Below are positions 39,266-46,896 of a stretch of DNA of 46,896 bases, one piece after another. The notes beneath the pieces were generated by a model, which was not told where the DNA came from, ran no database searches, and saw only the letters and a list, made by a program, of their open reading frames with translations. The position numbers were made by a program, and so were the translations under genes. Each line of letters opens with the position of its first letter. Within the stretch, counting starts at the first letter, position 1. Source of the DNA: Desulfomonilia bacterium (lineage in GTDB: Bacteria > Desulfobacterota > Desulfomonilia > UBA1062). The DNA is taken from assembly GCA_050014195.1 (NCBI GenBank), contig JBEKDT010000022.1:1-46896 (forward strand). The letters run 5' to 3'.

Positions 39266-39288
39266 GGCGAATATCCCAAGAAAACATC

Positions 39289-40677
39289 ATGCCAAAGCTG
39301 AACATTTTTATAAAAATCTATCTCTGGTTCTGGATTGCAACAACGCTTATCGTCGGTACTTTGATAAGTTTTGACCGTCTGACCCAATCAGGGCCGATGA
39401 TCCACCATTTGCAGAACACCATCGGTGTTACTTTGTCCCTGTATGGTCAGATGGCTGCAGAGTATCATTTACACGGCGATCATGCAGCCCTGGCGAAACT
39501 CACCGACCAATTAAAAAGCTCGTCCAGGATCGATGCGTACGTGCTCGATGATAATAATCAAGAGATCTCTAAGCGCACATTACCCCCTGATGCCAGGGCC
39601 CTCCTGGGCCAAGCCAGACAAAGCGGAAAAACTGAATCTTTATTTTTACAAGATAGAGTGATTCTGGCAATGACCATAAAAACGACAAACGGCCGTCTCT
39701 TCGGTGTAGTCGGCATCATGCCGAGACATGCCTTCAATCCTTTTCATGGAAACACTACCTTGCTGGTGTTCCGTATATTTATCATTCTTTTCCTGTCGGG
39801 AGGGGTCTGTTATTGGCTTGCCCGCTATCTGACCTCACCTCTTATAAAACTGCGGGAGGCAACACGAAGATTTGCCGCAGGTGAGCTGTCGGTAAGAATC
39901 GGCAAAGATATTGCGAGAAGGAAGGATGAACTCACTGAGCTGGCAAAAGATTTTGACCGGATGGCAGAGCGCATCGAATCGCTCATGACCTCACAGCGGC
40001 AATTGCTCGGTGATATCTCGCATGAACTCCGCTCGCCGCTGGCCCGGCTCAATGTAGCGCTGGAACTCGCACGGAGGCAGACCGGACCTGAAGCTGAAAC
40101 CCATTTAAACCGTATTGAAAGGGAAGCGAGATTACTCAATGAGATGATCGGCCAGGTGCTCACACTCACTCGCATCGAAAACGATATCGAGGGAATACAA
40201 TCATCTCCTGTTGACTTGAAGCGCCTTGTTCAAAAAGTCACCGTCGATGCAAATTTTGAGGCCCAAGATTCTTGCCACATAATACTGCATGTCGACAGTC
40301 TAGAGTACATTATCTCGGGCAACGAAGAATTACTACGACGTGCTATTGAGAATGTTGTCCGCAATGCCATCTACTATACCCATGAGAATACGGATGTAGA
40401 TATAATGCTTCAACGGGTCATGTACGGTACGATACCATATGGCGAGATCACGGTTCATGATCATGGTGATGGGGTCTCTGAATCAGAACTCCCTTATTTG
40501 TTTCATCCGTTCTATCGGGTGTCGGATGCCCGCGATCGCAAGACCGGGGGGTCAGGACTTGGTTTAGCCATCACGGAACGTGCTGTGAGGCTTCACCACG
40601 GCAACGTGAGTGCCTCTAATGCTGCAGATGGCGGTTTAGTTATTGTTATAGCGTTGCCATTAAGTGGAGATCACTGA
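39289..40677 (+). CDS. cpxA: Sensor histidine kinase, CpxA-like
   Basis: 2 TM, HAMP, DISHELRSPLARL, ENVVRNA, ARDRKTGGSGLGLAI. Confidence 0.8.
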   Translation: MPKLNIFIKIYLWFWIATTLIVGTLISFDRLTQSGPMIHHLQNTIGVTLSLYGQMAAEYHLHGDHAALAKLTDQLKSSSRIDAYVLDDNNQEISKRTLPPDARALLGQARQSGKTESLFLQDRVILAMTIKTTNGRLFGVVGIMPRHAFNPFHGNTTLLVFRIFIILFLSGGVCYWLARYLTSPLIKLREATRRFAAGELSVRIGKDIARRKDELTELAKDFDRMAERIESLMTSQRQLLGDISHELRSPLARLNVALELARRQTGPEAETHLNRIEREARLLNEMIGQVLTLTRIENDIEGIQSSPVDLKRLVQKVTVDANFEAQDSCHIILHVDSLEYIISGNEELLRRAIENVVRNAIYYTHENTDVDIMLQRVMYGTIPYGEITVHDHGDGVSESELPYLFHPFYRVSDARDRKTGGSGLGLAITERAVRLHHGNVSASNAADGGLVIVIALPLSGDH

Positions 40678-40794
40678 TGAAATGTATGTTTTTCCATAAT
40701 CATCCGGCCTGTAATCATACGATGTGATAGAGAAAAAAAGATGCCGCTACCGGGTAATTGATATCAATGCCGTTTCACTGACTGATATCCGTGC

Positions 40795-40815
40795 GCCGGG
40801 GCAGGCTGCCCCGGC
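40795..40815. terminator. Hairpin between convergent genes
   Basis: GCCGGGGCAG-G-CTGCCCCGGC flanked by ACTGATAT/ATATCAGT. Confidence 0.4.
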
Positions 40816-40841
40816 ATATCAGTGCATGCCTACATTGGAGT

Positions 40842-41168
40842 TTACTTAAGAGGTATATTCATTGTGAGCCCATATACCTGTTCTTTCTGCCCTGAGGGCG
40901 TGGTGTAGGAGTAATACACCGGGTGTATCTCATAGACACCAAACGCAAGTCCGCAGAAAAGGCCGATTGAAGCACCCTGAAGGATGCGAATGTAATGATC
41001 GCTGGGGTGGTTCATGAAGGGAAGCGTTGCGGCACCTGCCAGCGCACCGATACCGGTCCCCCAGAGGCAATCCTGGAGGACCACTTCCAGAGTTTGGGCG
41101 GCCTGGGATTGCCCAGGAAGCATGAAGAACGAAAGGCATAACGAAACTATGATCAAACCCTTCTTCAT
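40842..41168 (-). CDS. Hypothetical exported/membrane protein with glycine-zipper-like segments
   Basis: Signal peptide, GTGIGALAGAA; RBS AGGAG directly after glpC. Confidence 0.65.
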   Translation of the reverse strand: MKKGLIIVSLCLSFFMLPGQSQAAQTLEVVLQDCLWGTGIGALAGAATLPFMNHPSDHYIRILQGASIGLFCGLAFGVYEIHPVYYSYTTPSGQKEQVYGLTMNIPLK

Positions 41169-41179
41169 ATCTTCTCCTT

Positions 41180-42409
41180 TTATGGTGTTTTCCTTAACCA
41201 GTGTTTAATTCCTAGTCCGGATTTCCTTTTATTCACCGTTTTGTCGGCAATGGCTTCCATGATGATCTCGACCGGGTCCAATGCAGGGAGGTTGGTGAAA
41301 TGTCCGAGCTGCATGCGGCACGCACCGCAATCAGCCACCATCGCATCCACATGTAAGTCTCGAATTTGTGCAGATGCAATCTCCCCAAGCTTGTGAGATA
41401 CGGTCTCATTGCGCTTTTTGAAGCCGTAGGTACCTGCCAGGCCGCAGCAGTTCTCATCGAGCACAAAGCATTCAAGCCCATCGATCTGCTCAAAGATCTT
41501 AGCAGCGGGGTAGCCGATCCCGAGGGCCCTCAGGTGGCATGGTATATGGTAGGCGATCTTTCTCTCCAAGCGTCCCAGCGGTACCTTCTCATTATCCTCC
41601 TGCATGAGAGAGAGCAGATATTCATTCACGTTATAGGTGTTCTCTGCAATCTTTTTCCCACCCGGTGCCTCCAGAACACCTGGGTAGTCCTGCATCAGGG
41701 TCAGTCCGCAGGAGGTACAGGCATACACGACGTCGAACCCCCTGTTAATGTACGATGTCAATGTAACTGCGTTTTTATGTGCGTATTTCTTCGCCATGTC
41801 AACGTCGCCGTTCCCCAGCGCCGGAAGCCCGCAGCAGGTTTGACGCGGCATGACGACCCTGCACCCCATGGATACCAACAGATCCCTGATCTTCCTGCCG
41901 ATGTCAGGCCTGTTGAAGCTCAAATGGCACCCGTAAAAGAAGGCCACTTTCCTGCCCTTGCCTTTTCTCCTTCTGCCCCTTTCTAAATTGATAAATCGGA
42001 ATTCAGGAAGATCAGGCTCTTTGGAGACCCCCAGCAGGTTCAACACGCTTTTTATCACATTCCAGGAAGCCGCCTTATTTGCAAGCGGGGCGAAGGTGGA
42101 TCCTAAGGCGTTTAGATGATAAGCGTTGGCAAACAGGTGGGCGGTAAAGGGGCTTATGTGCTCTGCTCCATACTTGAGCTGGGCTTTGAGGATAATCTCG
42201 GCCACCTCCACGCCATAGGGGCAGGCAACCTGGCACCTCCGGCACTGGCAGCAATACTTCACCCACTGGTCTACGGACTTCTCGCCGTCCAGACGGAAGC
42301 GCTGTGCATCCGGGCCGGATTGTTTGGGCCCGGGGAAACGGGGCTCCACCTTATAGACCGGGCAGTTCTCCACACAGATGGTGCAGCGTACACAGTGCTC
42401 AAAGCTCAT
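41180..42409 (-). CDS. glpC: Anaerobic glycerol-3-phosphate dehydrogenase subunit C
   Basis: Two CxxCxxCxxxCP motifs, FPGPKQSGPD, CCG domains. Confidence 0.92.
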   Translation of the reverse strand: MSFEHCVRCTICVENCPVYKVEPRFPGPKQSGPDAQRFRLDGEKSVDQWVKYCCQCRRCQVACPYGVEVAEIILKAQLKYGAEHISPFTAHLFANAYHLNALGSTFAPLANKAASWNVIKSVLNLLGVSKEPDLPEFRFINLERGRRRKGKGRKVAFFYGCHLSFNRPDIGRKIRDLLVSMGCRVVMPRQTCCGLPALGNGDVDMAKKYAHKNAVTLTSYINRGFDVVYACTSCGLTLMQDYPGVLEAPGGKKIAENTYNVNEYLLSLMQEDNEKVPLGRLERKIAYHIPCHLRALGIGYPAAKIFEQIDGLECFVLDENCCGLAGTYGFKKRNETVSHKLGEIASAQIRDLHVDAMVADCGACRMQLGHFTNLPALDPVEIIMEAIADKTVNKRKSGLGIKHWLRKTP

Positions 42410-43605
42410 GTGAGCATCCTCTCACACATCTTTGCGGCCTTCAGTCCTGTGGCCAGCGCAAGTCCATGGCCGCAGTGGTACTTCATGATCTCACTGTGGG
42501 CCAGGATGCTCCCGCATACAAAGAGGTTCGTGCTGTTGCCGTGTATTGGCCTGAACGAGGCATCCACCTCTATACCGGCCTCTTCGATGGGGTGGCCTGC
42601 GTTAAAAAAGTCGTTCCGGAACCAATCCTTTCTGGGTCCGGGTATATGTACCGGTATGCCGAACACCGTCTCATGGACCGAATCCCTTGTGGCGAAGAGT
42701 CCGCCGCTCACGAAGGATCCTGTTGCCAGGATGAATACTCGCCCCTGCACGCGCGTAGCCCTTCCCGACGTGGCGAGTGTCACCGCCTCCACGATGTTTC
42801 CGTGGCGCTCAACACTGCTGATAGGCATGCCCCAGAAGACATCGCCGCCTCTGTGCTGCAGGGCGGCCTTGAGTGAGCGGAAGAGCCTGAACCCCGGGAT
42901 GGACGGCGGGAGAGTCGGGATCTCGAACACCTCTCTGCCGATTCGCAAAGAGATCGCTTCCATGACAGCCACAGGATTATTTAATCCCAGCACGGCCGGC
43001 AAGGCCACCTTGCCTGGGGGGAGCTCAAGCCCTTCAAGCCATACGGCAAAGTCCTCGGCAAAGCCTTTTTCCTCGAACCGGGCTGCAATAGCCAGCGTCG
43101 AGGACGCCCCGGCATCATAGAGGGAAAAGCCGGTATTCTTTAGCTTCGATGTAATATAGGAGGGGTAAAAGTCTTTAATCCCCTTAAATGATATCACATG
43201 CACATATTCGTCCCTGCACCCAAGGGAAGCCGCCATGGTGGGGGGGACGAGACACGTGGTCTTGAAGGTGCCGATCGGGGTAAGGATCTCCCGGTTCTTT
43301 CTGATCGTTCCCACATAAGGGATAGAACCCTCTGCCATGACCTCCTTGAACAGTTTGTACGCCTCCTCAACGCCTTTCTTTCCAACTAAATGGTATGGGT
43401 GACCCTCGGGCAGGCCGCCGAATCCATCCAATGGGTTTGACCCGGTTGAGGAGAGCACGTCGATGCAGCCTGTTGAAAGGCAGCACACCGGGTCTCCGCG
43501 TGATATAAGGGCTGTTTTGAACCCTTTCCCAGCCAGGTAGACGGATGCCATGAGCCCGGACATCCCTCCGCCGATGACAACCACATCATGCAAATGTGAG
43601 CTCAC
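42406..43605 (-). CDS. glpB: Anaerobic glycerol-3-phosphate dehydrogenase subunit B
   Basis: GGGMSG, EIPTLPPSIPGFRL, LATGSFVSGGL. Confidence 0.92.
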   Translation of the reverse strand: MSSHLHDVVVIGGGMSGLMASVYLAGKGFKTALISRGDPVCCLSTGCIDVLSSTGSNPLDGFGGLPEGHPYHLVGKKGVEEAYKLFKEVMAEGSIPYVGTIRKNREILTPIGTFKTTCLVPPTMAASLGCRDEYVHVISFKGIKDFYPSYITSKLKNTGFSLYDAGASSTLAIAARFEEKGFAEDFAVWLEGLELPPGKVALPAVLGLNNPVAVMEAISLRIGREVFEIPTLPPSIPGFRLFRSLKAALQHRGGDVFWGMPISSVERHGNIVEAVTLATSGRATRVQGRVFILATGSFVSGGLFATRDSVHETVFGIPVHIPGPRKDWFRNDFFNAGHPIEEAGIEVDASFRPIHGNSTNLFVCGSILAHSEIMKYHCGHGLALATGLKAAKMCERMLT

Positions 43606-45108
43606 TTATCTGCTCTCCATGTTGAGGATGCCTAAGTAGATGCTCTCGATGAGCTGCTCCTCGCGGAGTTGGTCACCCCATAGTGCCGGCCTGATCCCTT
43701 TGAACCTCCTCTGGAGAAACTCTTTGAGGATCTTGAGTGAGACCTCAGGGCTTACCCTTCCGAGCTCCTGCGTGATGCCCAACGCCCGGAAGGTACAGAA
43801 TCCTCCCTGGCAGGGGCCCATGCCCAGCCGGGTCCTGTGCTGGATGTCGCCCACATAATGGGTGCCCATGGTATTGATGGCATGCTCCACGGTGTTGCGG
43901 GAGACGAGCTCGCACTCGCATATAATGTCATCCATGTTGGAGAGCCTTTTGGACAACGGGTAGCCGCTGAGCTCATCCTGGCCCTCCAGAGGCAGCTCCG
44001 CAGTCCTGCATTTCATTTTCAACCCGAAGCGCTCCATGATGACATCCACCATCTTCTCGGCCATGAGGCGATAGGTGGTGAGCTTGCCGCCCAGAATACT
44101 GAACATGCCGTTTCCGTGGTCGATGATTTTGAAGCCGCGAGAAATGGACCTCCCGTCCTGGCCGGAGGCCTTAAGCAGGGGCCTCACGCCGGTGTAGGCC
44201 CTTATAAGGCGGGTGCTTCCGAAACTGGGGATCATCTGCTCGGCCTCGCCGGCCACGATATCCACCTCGGCCGGGTCGATCTCCAGTACGTCAGGATCGT
44301 CTATGGGGATGGACGTGGTGCCTGCGAGGCACACCGCCTCGTTCGGTACGATGATGTCTCCATCGGAAGGAGGGCGAAGCCTGTTTATTACCATATTGGT
44401 GAGCCTGTGGTTCGAGACGATGAGGCTGCCCTTGGATAGGGTCATGGGGACCTCTGAGCCGCCCAGGCGGGCGACGCGATCGCCCCAGGCCCCGGTGGCA
44501 TTGATGATGATCCGCGCCCTGATCTCCTTGATCTGTGAAGTGAGGCGCTCCCTTGCCTTCACTCCTACGCACACACCCTTTTCCTTGATGATCTCGATCA
44601 CCTCATGGTGGGTGAGTATGGCGCCACCCCTGTGACGCGAGGTATAGGCATTCAGCATACAGAGCCTGAACGGGTCGATGGAGCAGTCAGGCACCACGAT
44701 GGCCTCTTCCATGGCCGGGTTCAGGTTCGGCACCAGGTCAAGGGCCTTGCTCGGGGAGAGAACGGTGGTGGAGATGCCCATTTCATCGCAGCCTTTTAAG
44801 AACCGGTCCCGGTATCGTTTGGAGTCTCCGGGCAGGCGCACGAACAGGCCCCCGGTAGTCTCAACGCATTTCTGGGCAATCTTCCTCAAGATGGTATTCT
44901 CGGTGATGCATTCATGGGCCGCTACACTGTCGTTCACCACATAGCGGCCCCCGCTGTGGAGAAGGCCGTGACAGGCACCCGTGGCACCGGAGGCGAAGTC
45001 ACCCTTTTCGACAAGGTAGTGGTGCACACCCCGCAGAGCCAAGTCCCTGGCTATCCCGCAGCCGGTAGCACCGCCTCCGATGATGATGACGTCGGTCTTG
45101 ATGGACAC
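43606..45108 (-). CDS. glpA: Anaerobic glycerol-3-phosphate dehydrogenase subunit A
   Basis: GGGATG, GACHGLLHSGGRY, GGKLTTYRLMAE, CECE, RLGMGPCQGGFC. Confidence 0.94.
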   Translation of the reverse strand: MSIKTDVIIIGGGATGCGIARDLALRGVHHYLVEKGDFASGATGACHGLLHSGGRYVVNDSVAAHECITENTILRKIAQKCVETTGGLFVRLPGDSKRYRDRFLKGCDEMGISTTVLSPSKALDLVPNLNPAMEEAIVVPDCSIDPFRLCMLNAYTSRHRGGAILTHHEVIEIIKEKGVCVGVKARERLTSQIKEIRARIIINATGAWGDRVARLGGSEVPMTLSKGSLIVSNHRLTNMVINRLRPPSDGDIIVPNEAVCLAGTTSIPIDDPDVLEIDPAEVDIVAGEAEQMIPSFGSTRLIRAYTGVRPLLKASGQDGRSISRGFKIIDHGNGMFSILGGKLTTYRLMAEKMVDVIMERFGLKMKCRTAELPLEGQDELSGYPLSKRLSNMDDIICECELVSRNTVEHAINTMGTHYVGDIQHRTRLGMGPCQGGFCTFRALGITQELGRVSPEVSLKILKEFLQRRFKGIRPALWGDQLREEQLIESIYLGILNMESR

Positions 45109-45238
45109 GCTGATCCTTTACATCACTTTTTTTTGAGTACCTTATACATAGTACCTGTTTGAATGCAACCCGGCATTAGTCCCTCCTGCCCATAAAAATA
45201 TTAAGGAGAGTGCCGGGAGTGAGGGGGCTCTGTGCGTA

Positions 45239-46468
45239 TTAGATAGATTTACTCTCTACTATGTCCACCAGCTCCGAGGTAATGCCCGGGAGCGCCGAGC
45301 TTGCCCGGGACCAGCTCGGAATGAAGTGGACCACCAAAGGGTCTTCCATGAATTCCATGGCGGCGATCTCCAGACCCTTGGTAAATGTCTCCACGGCGAC
45401 TTCCTCGGAGTGCCTGTCGAACAGCAGCCCGTTGATGGCTGCATCATCCTCGTAGAACCTGATCATATCCTGGGCGATAAGCTGGTAGGCCACCTTCAAT
45501 GACCTGAACATGGCTTCGCTGAAGGAGATTCCTTCTGCAGCCAAGGCATGGAAAAGTGTACAGGCGATGTCGATGCACATCTTATGGAGGCCCTTGCTGG
45601 GGTCTTTATCCGAGAGTTCCAGGTGGGCGTGCTCGTATTCTATGGAGAGGTCCACCTGGCAGATGCGCCTCTGGGCACAGTTGCGGTATACCTCTTCCAG
45701 CATGCCTATCTCCAGGCCCCATGAGGCGGGCATTCTGCTCACGCGCATGAGGTCTGAAGTTCCGGCGAACTCACCGGAGATGGGATAGCGAAAGGAGTCC
45801 AGATACTCCAGGTAGGGAATCTTCCCCACGGCAGACTTCAGAGCCCTGATGAGCGGAATCACGAACAGACGCATGACCCTGCCATGGAGCCGGTTGGTCA
45901 CACGGGCATAATAGCCTTTTGCGAACTCATACTCCATGCTCGGATGCACCAGCGGGTAGATGAGCCTGGCCAGGAGTGAGCGCTCATAGGTGAGGATATC
46001 GGAGTCGTGTACTACAATCACCTCTGTGTCTTTGCGTGCATGGATATACCCTACGGCCATCCACAGGCTTCTTCCCTTGCCGCTGGCTGTATCCACCAGC
46101 CCCTCGGTCCACAGCCGTGAGTAGAAAGACTCCATGGAAGGTGAGTTGTTCCAGATGATTGCCGTTTCCTGGGGCAGGGCTGAAAAGAATTCTTTTGTCT
46201 TGAGATAGCCGTCCTTGCCTGCACCGTCTAAGGTTACTACGATCCTCAGCAGGTAGTCTGCGCCTTTCAGGTGCTCAACAATCCGTGGCAAGGCAGCGCC
46301 TGTGATCTCGGTATACTGGCAGGGCAGGATCAGCGAGACGGGCTTGAACCGCACATACTGTCTCAGCTCGTCCTCTATCCTTTCAAGCTTCACCGAGCTG
46401 ATCTGGTGAAGAGTGGCAATACGACCGCATTGAAAAAAATCACTCATGACCCCTTCCTTATCAATCAA
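45239..46468 (-). CDS. Glycosyltransferase, glucosyl-3-phosphoglycerate synthase-like
   Basis: GKGRSLW, HDSDI (DxD), KGYYARV, FRYPISGEF, WGLEIG; start uncertain. Confidence 0.75.
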   Translation of the reverse strand: MIDKEGVMSDFFQCGRIATLHQISSVKLERIEDELRQYVRFKPVSLILPCQYTEITGAALPRIVEHLKGADYLLRIVVTLDGAGKDGYLKTKEFFSALPQETAIIWNNSPSMESFYSRLWTEGLVDTASGKGRSLWMAVGYIHARKDTEVIVVHDSDILTYERSLLARLIYPLVHPSMEYEFAKGYYARVTNRLHGRVMRLFVIPLIRALKSAVGKIPYLEYLDSFRYPISGEFAGTSDLMRVSRMPASWGLEIGMLEEVYRNCAQRRICQVDLSIEYEHAHLELSDKDPSKGLHKMCIDIACTLFHALAAEGISFSEAMFRSLKVAYQLIAQDMIRFYEDDAAINGLLFDRHSEEVAVETFTKGLEIAAMEFMEDPLVVHFIPSWSRASSALPGITSELVDIVESKSI

Positions 46469-46741
46469 TCTCGGGAAACCAAAGCTTCATGGTGCCCTCA
46501 TAATAATACGCAGGAATGATAATAATGTCTAGATGATAGGATAAATGCCGTTTCATACATATGTTTGATGGGTGAAGCGAGGCGAACCCACCAATAAAAA
46601 TTTCTTATTCATGGAGGCAGGTGTGCCGAAAGAAATTGCAGAGATGAATATGCAACACTATCTTAATTTTGCCTCAGCACGGGGAAAGACTTCCTGCGGT
46701 GAACGGATACTCTTTCCGCGCTCTCCTGTGGAGGCTGCCCC

Positions 46742-46896
46742 GTGACCTGTCCCATGTGCGGTCATGAACAGCCGGATGGGTTTGTCGAATGCTCTCAGTG
46801 CGGGGTTATCTTTGGCAAGATCCATACGAATGAAGAGAAAAATCATATCCGGATCGACGAAAACGTGGAATCAGGACCCTCATCCCCTGCCGAGAC
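46742..46896 (+). CDS. Zinc-ribbon domain protein, partial (runs off window)
   Basis: RBS GGAGG then GTG; MTCPMCGHEQPDGFVECSQCGVIFGK; absent from ORF track. Confidence 0.75.
   Translation, partial: MTCPMCGHEQPDGFVECSQCGVIFGKIHTNEEKNHIRIDENVESGPSSPAE

Noticed and set aside
46565-46640. Hairpin in the last intergenic region as a riboswitch
   Set aside because: No match to an aptamer consensus that I can recognise
46658-46846. 62-aa minus-strand ORF
   Set aside because: Shadow of the plus-strand zinc-ribbon gene, which has an RBS and CxxC pairs

Overview
Bacterial chromosomal window; gene content suggests a Desulfobacterota/deltaproteobacterium (inference). Positions 1-~9.4 kb are an accessory defence-like island, all on the minus strand: a TIR-domain gene frameshifted by a 14-bp tandem duplication, a degenerate integron attC-like site, a translationally coupled GHMP-kinase + EEP phosphoesterase pair (best candidate for an undescribed system), a Hachiman-like hamA-hamB pair, a truncated REP-associated tyrosine transposase with REP-like repeats, and a NERD gene cut by an IS3-family element. 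The rest is mostly housekeeping: acyl-CoA ligase/dehydrogenase with a FadR regulator, tag, S1 protein, degP, dtd, trxAB, lpoB cluster, ilvE, queECF, dus, apgM, ddl, glpABC and a gpgS-like gene. Notable non-coding or unannotated elements: three tandem c-di-GMP-I (GEMM) riboswitch aptamers before a DUF6160-like secreted protein, a relic C-terminus of a second ilvE subtype behind the intact ilvE, and a local CpxRA-like regulon with three perfect GTAAA-N5-GTAAA boxes. All calls are from motif recognition by eye; no searches were run.
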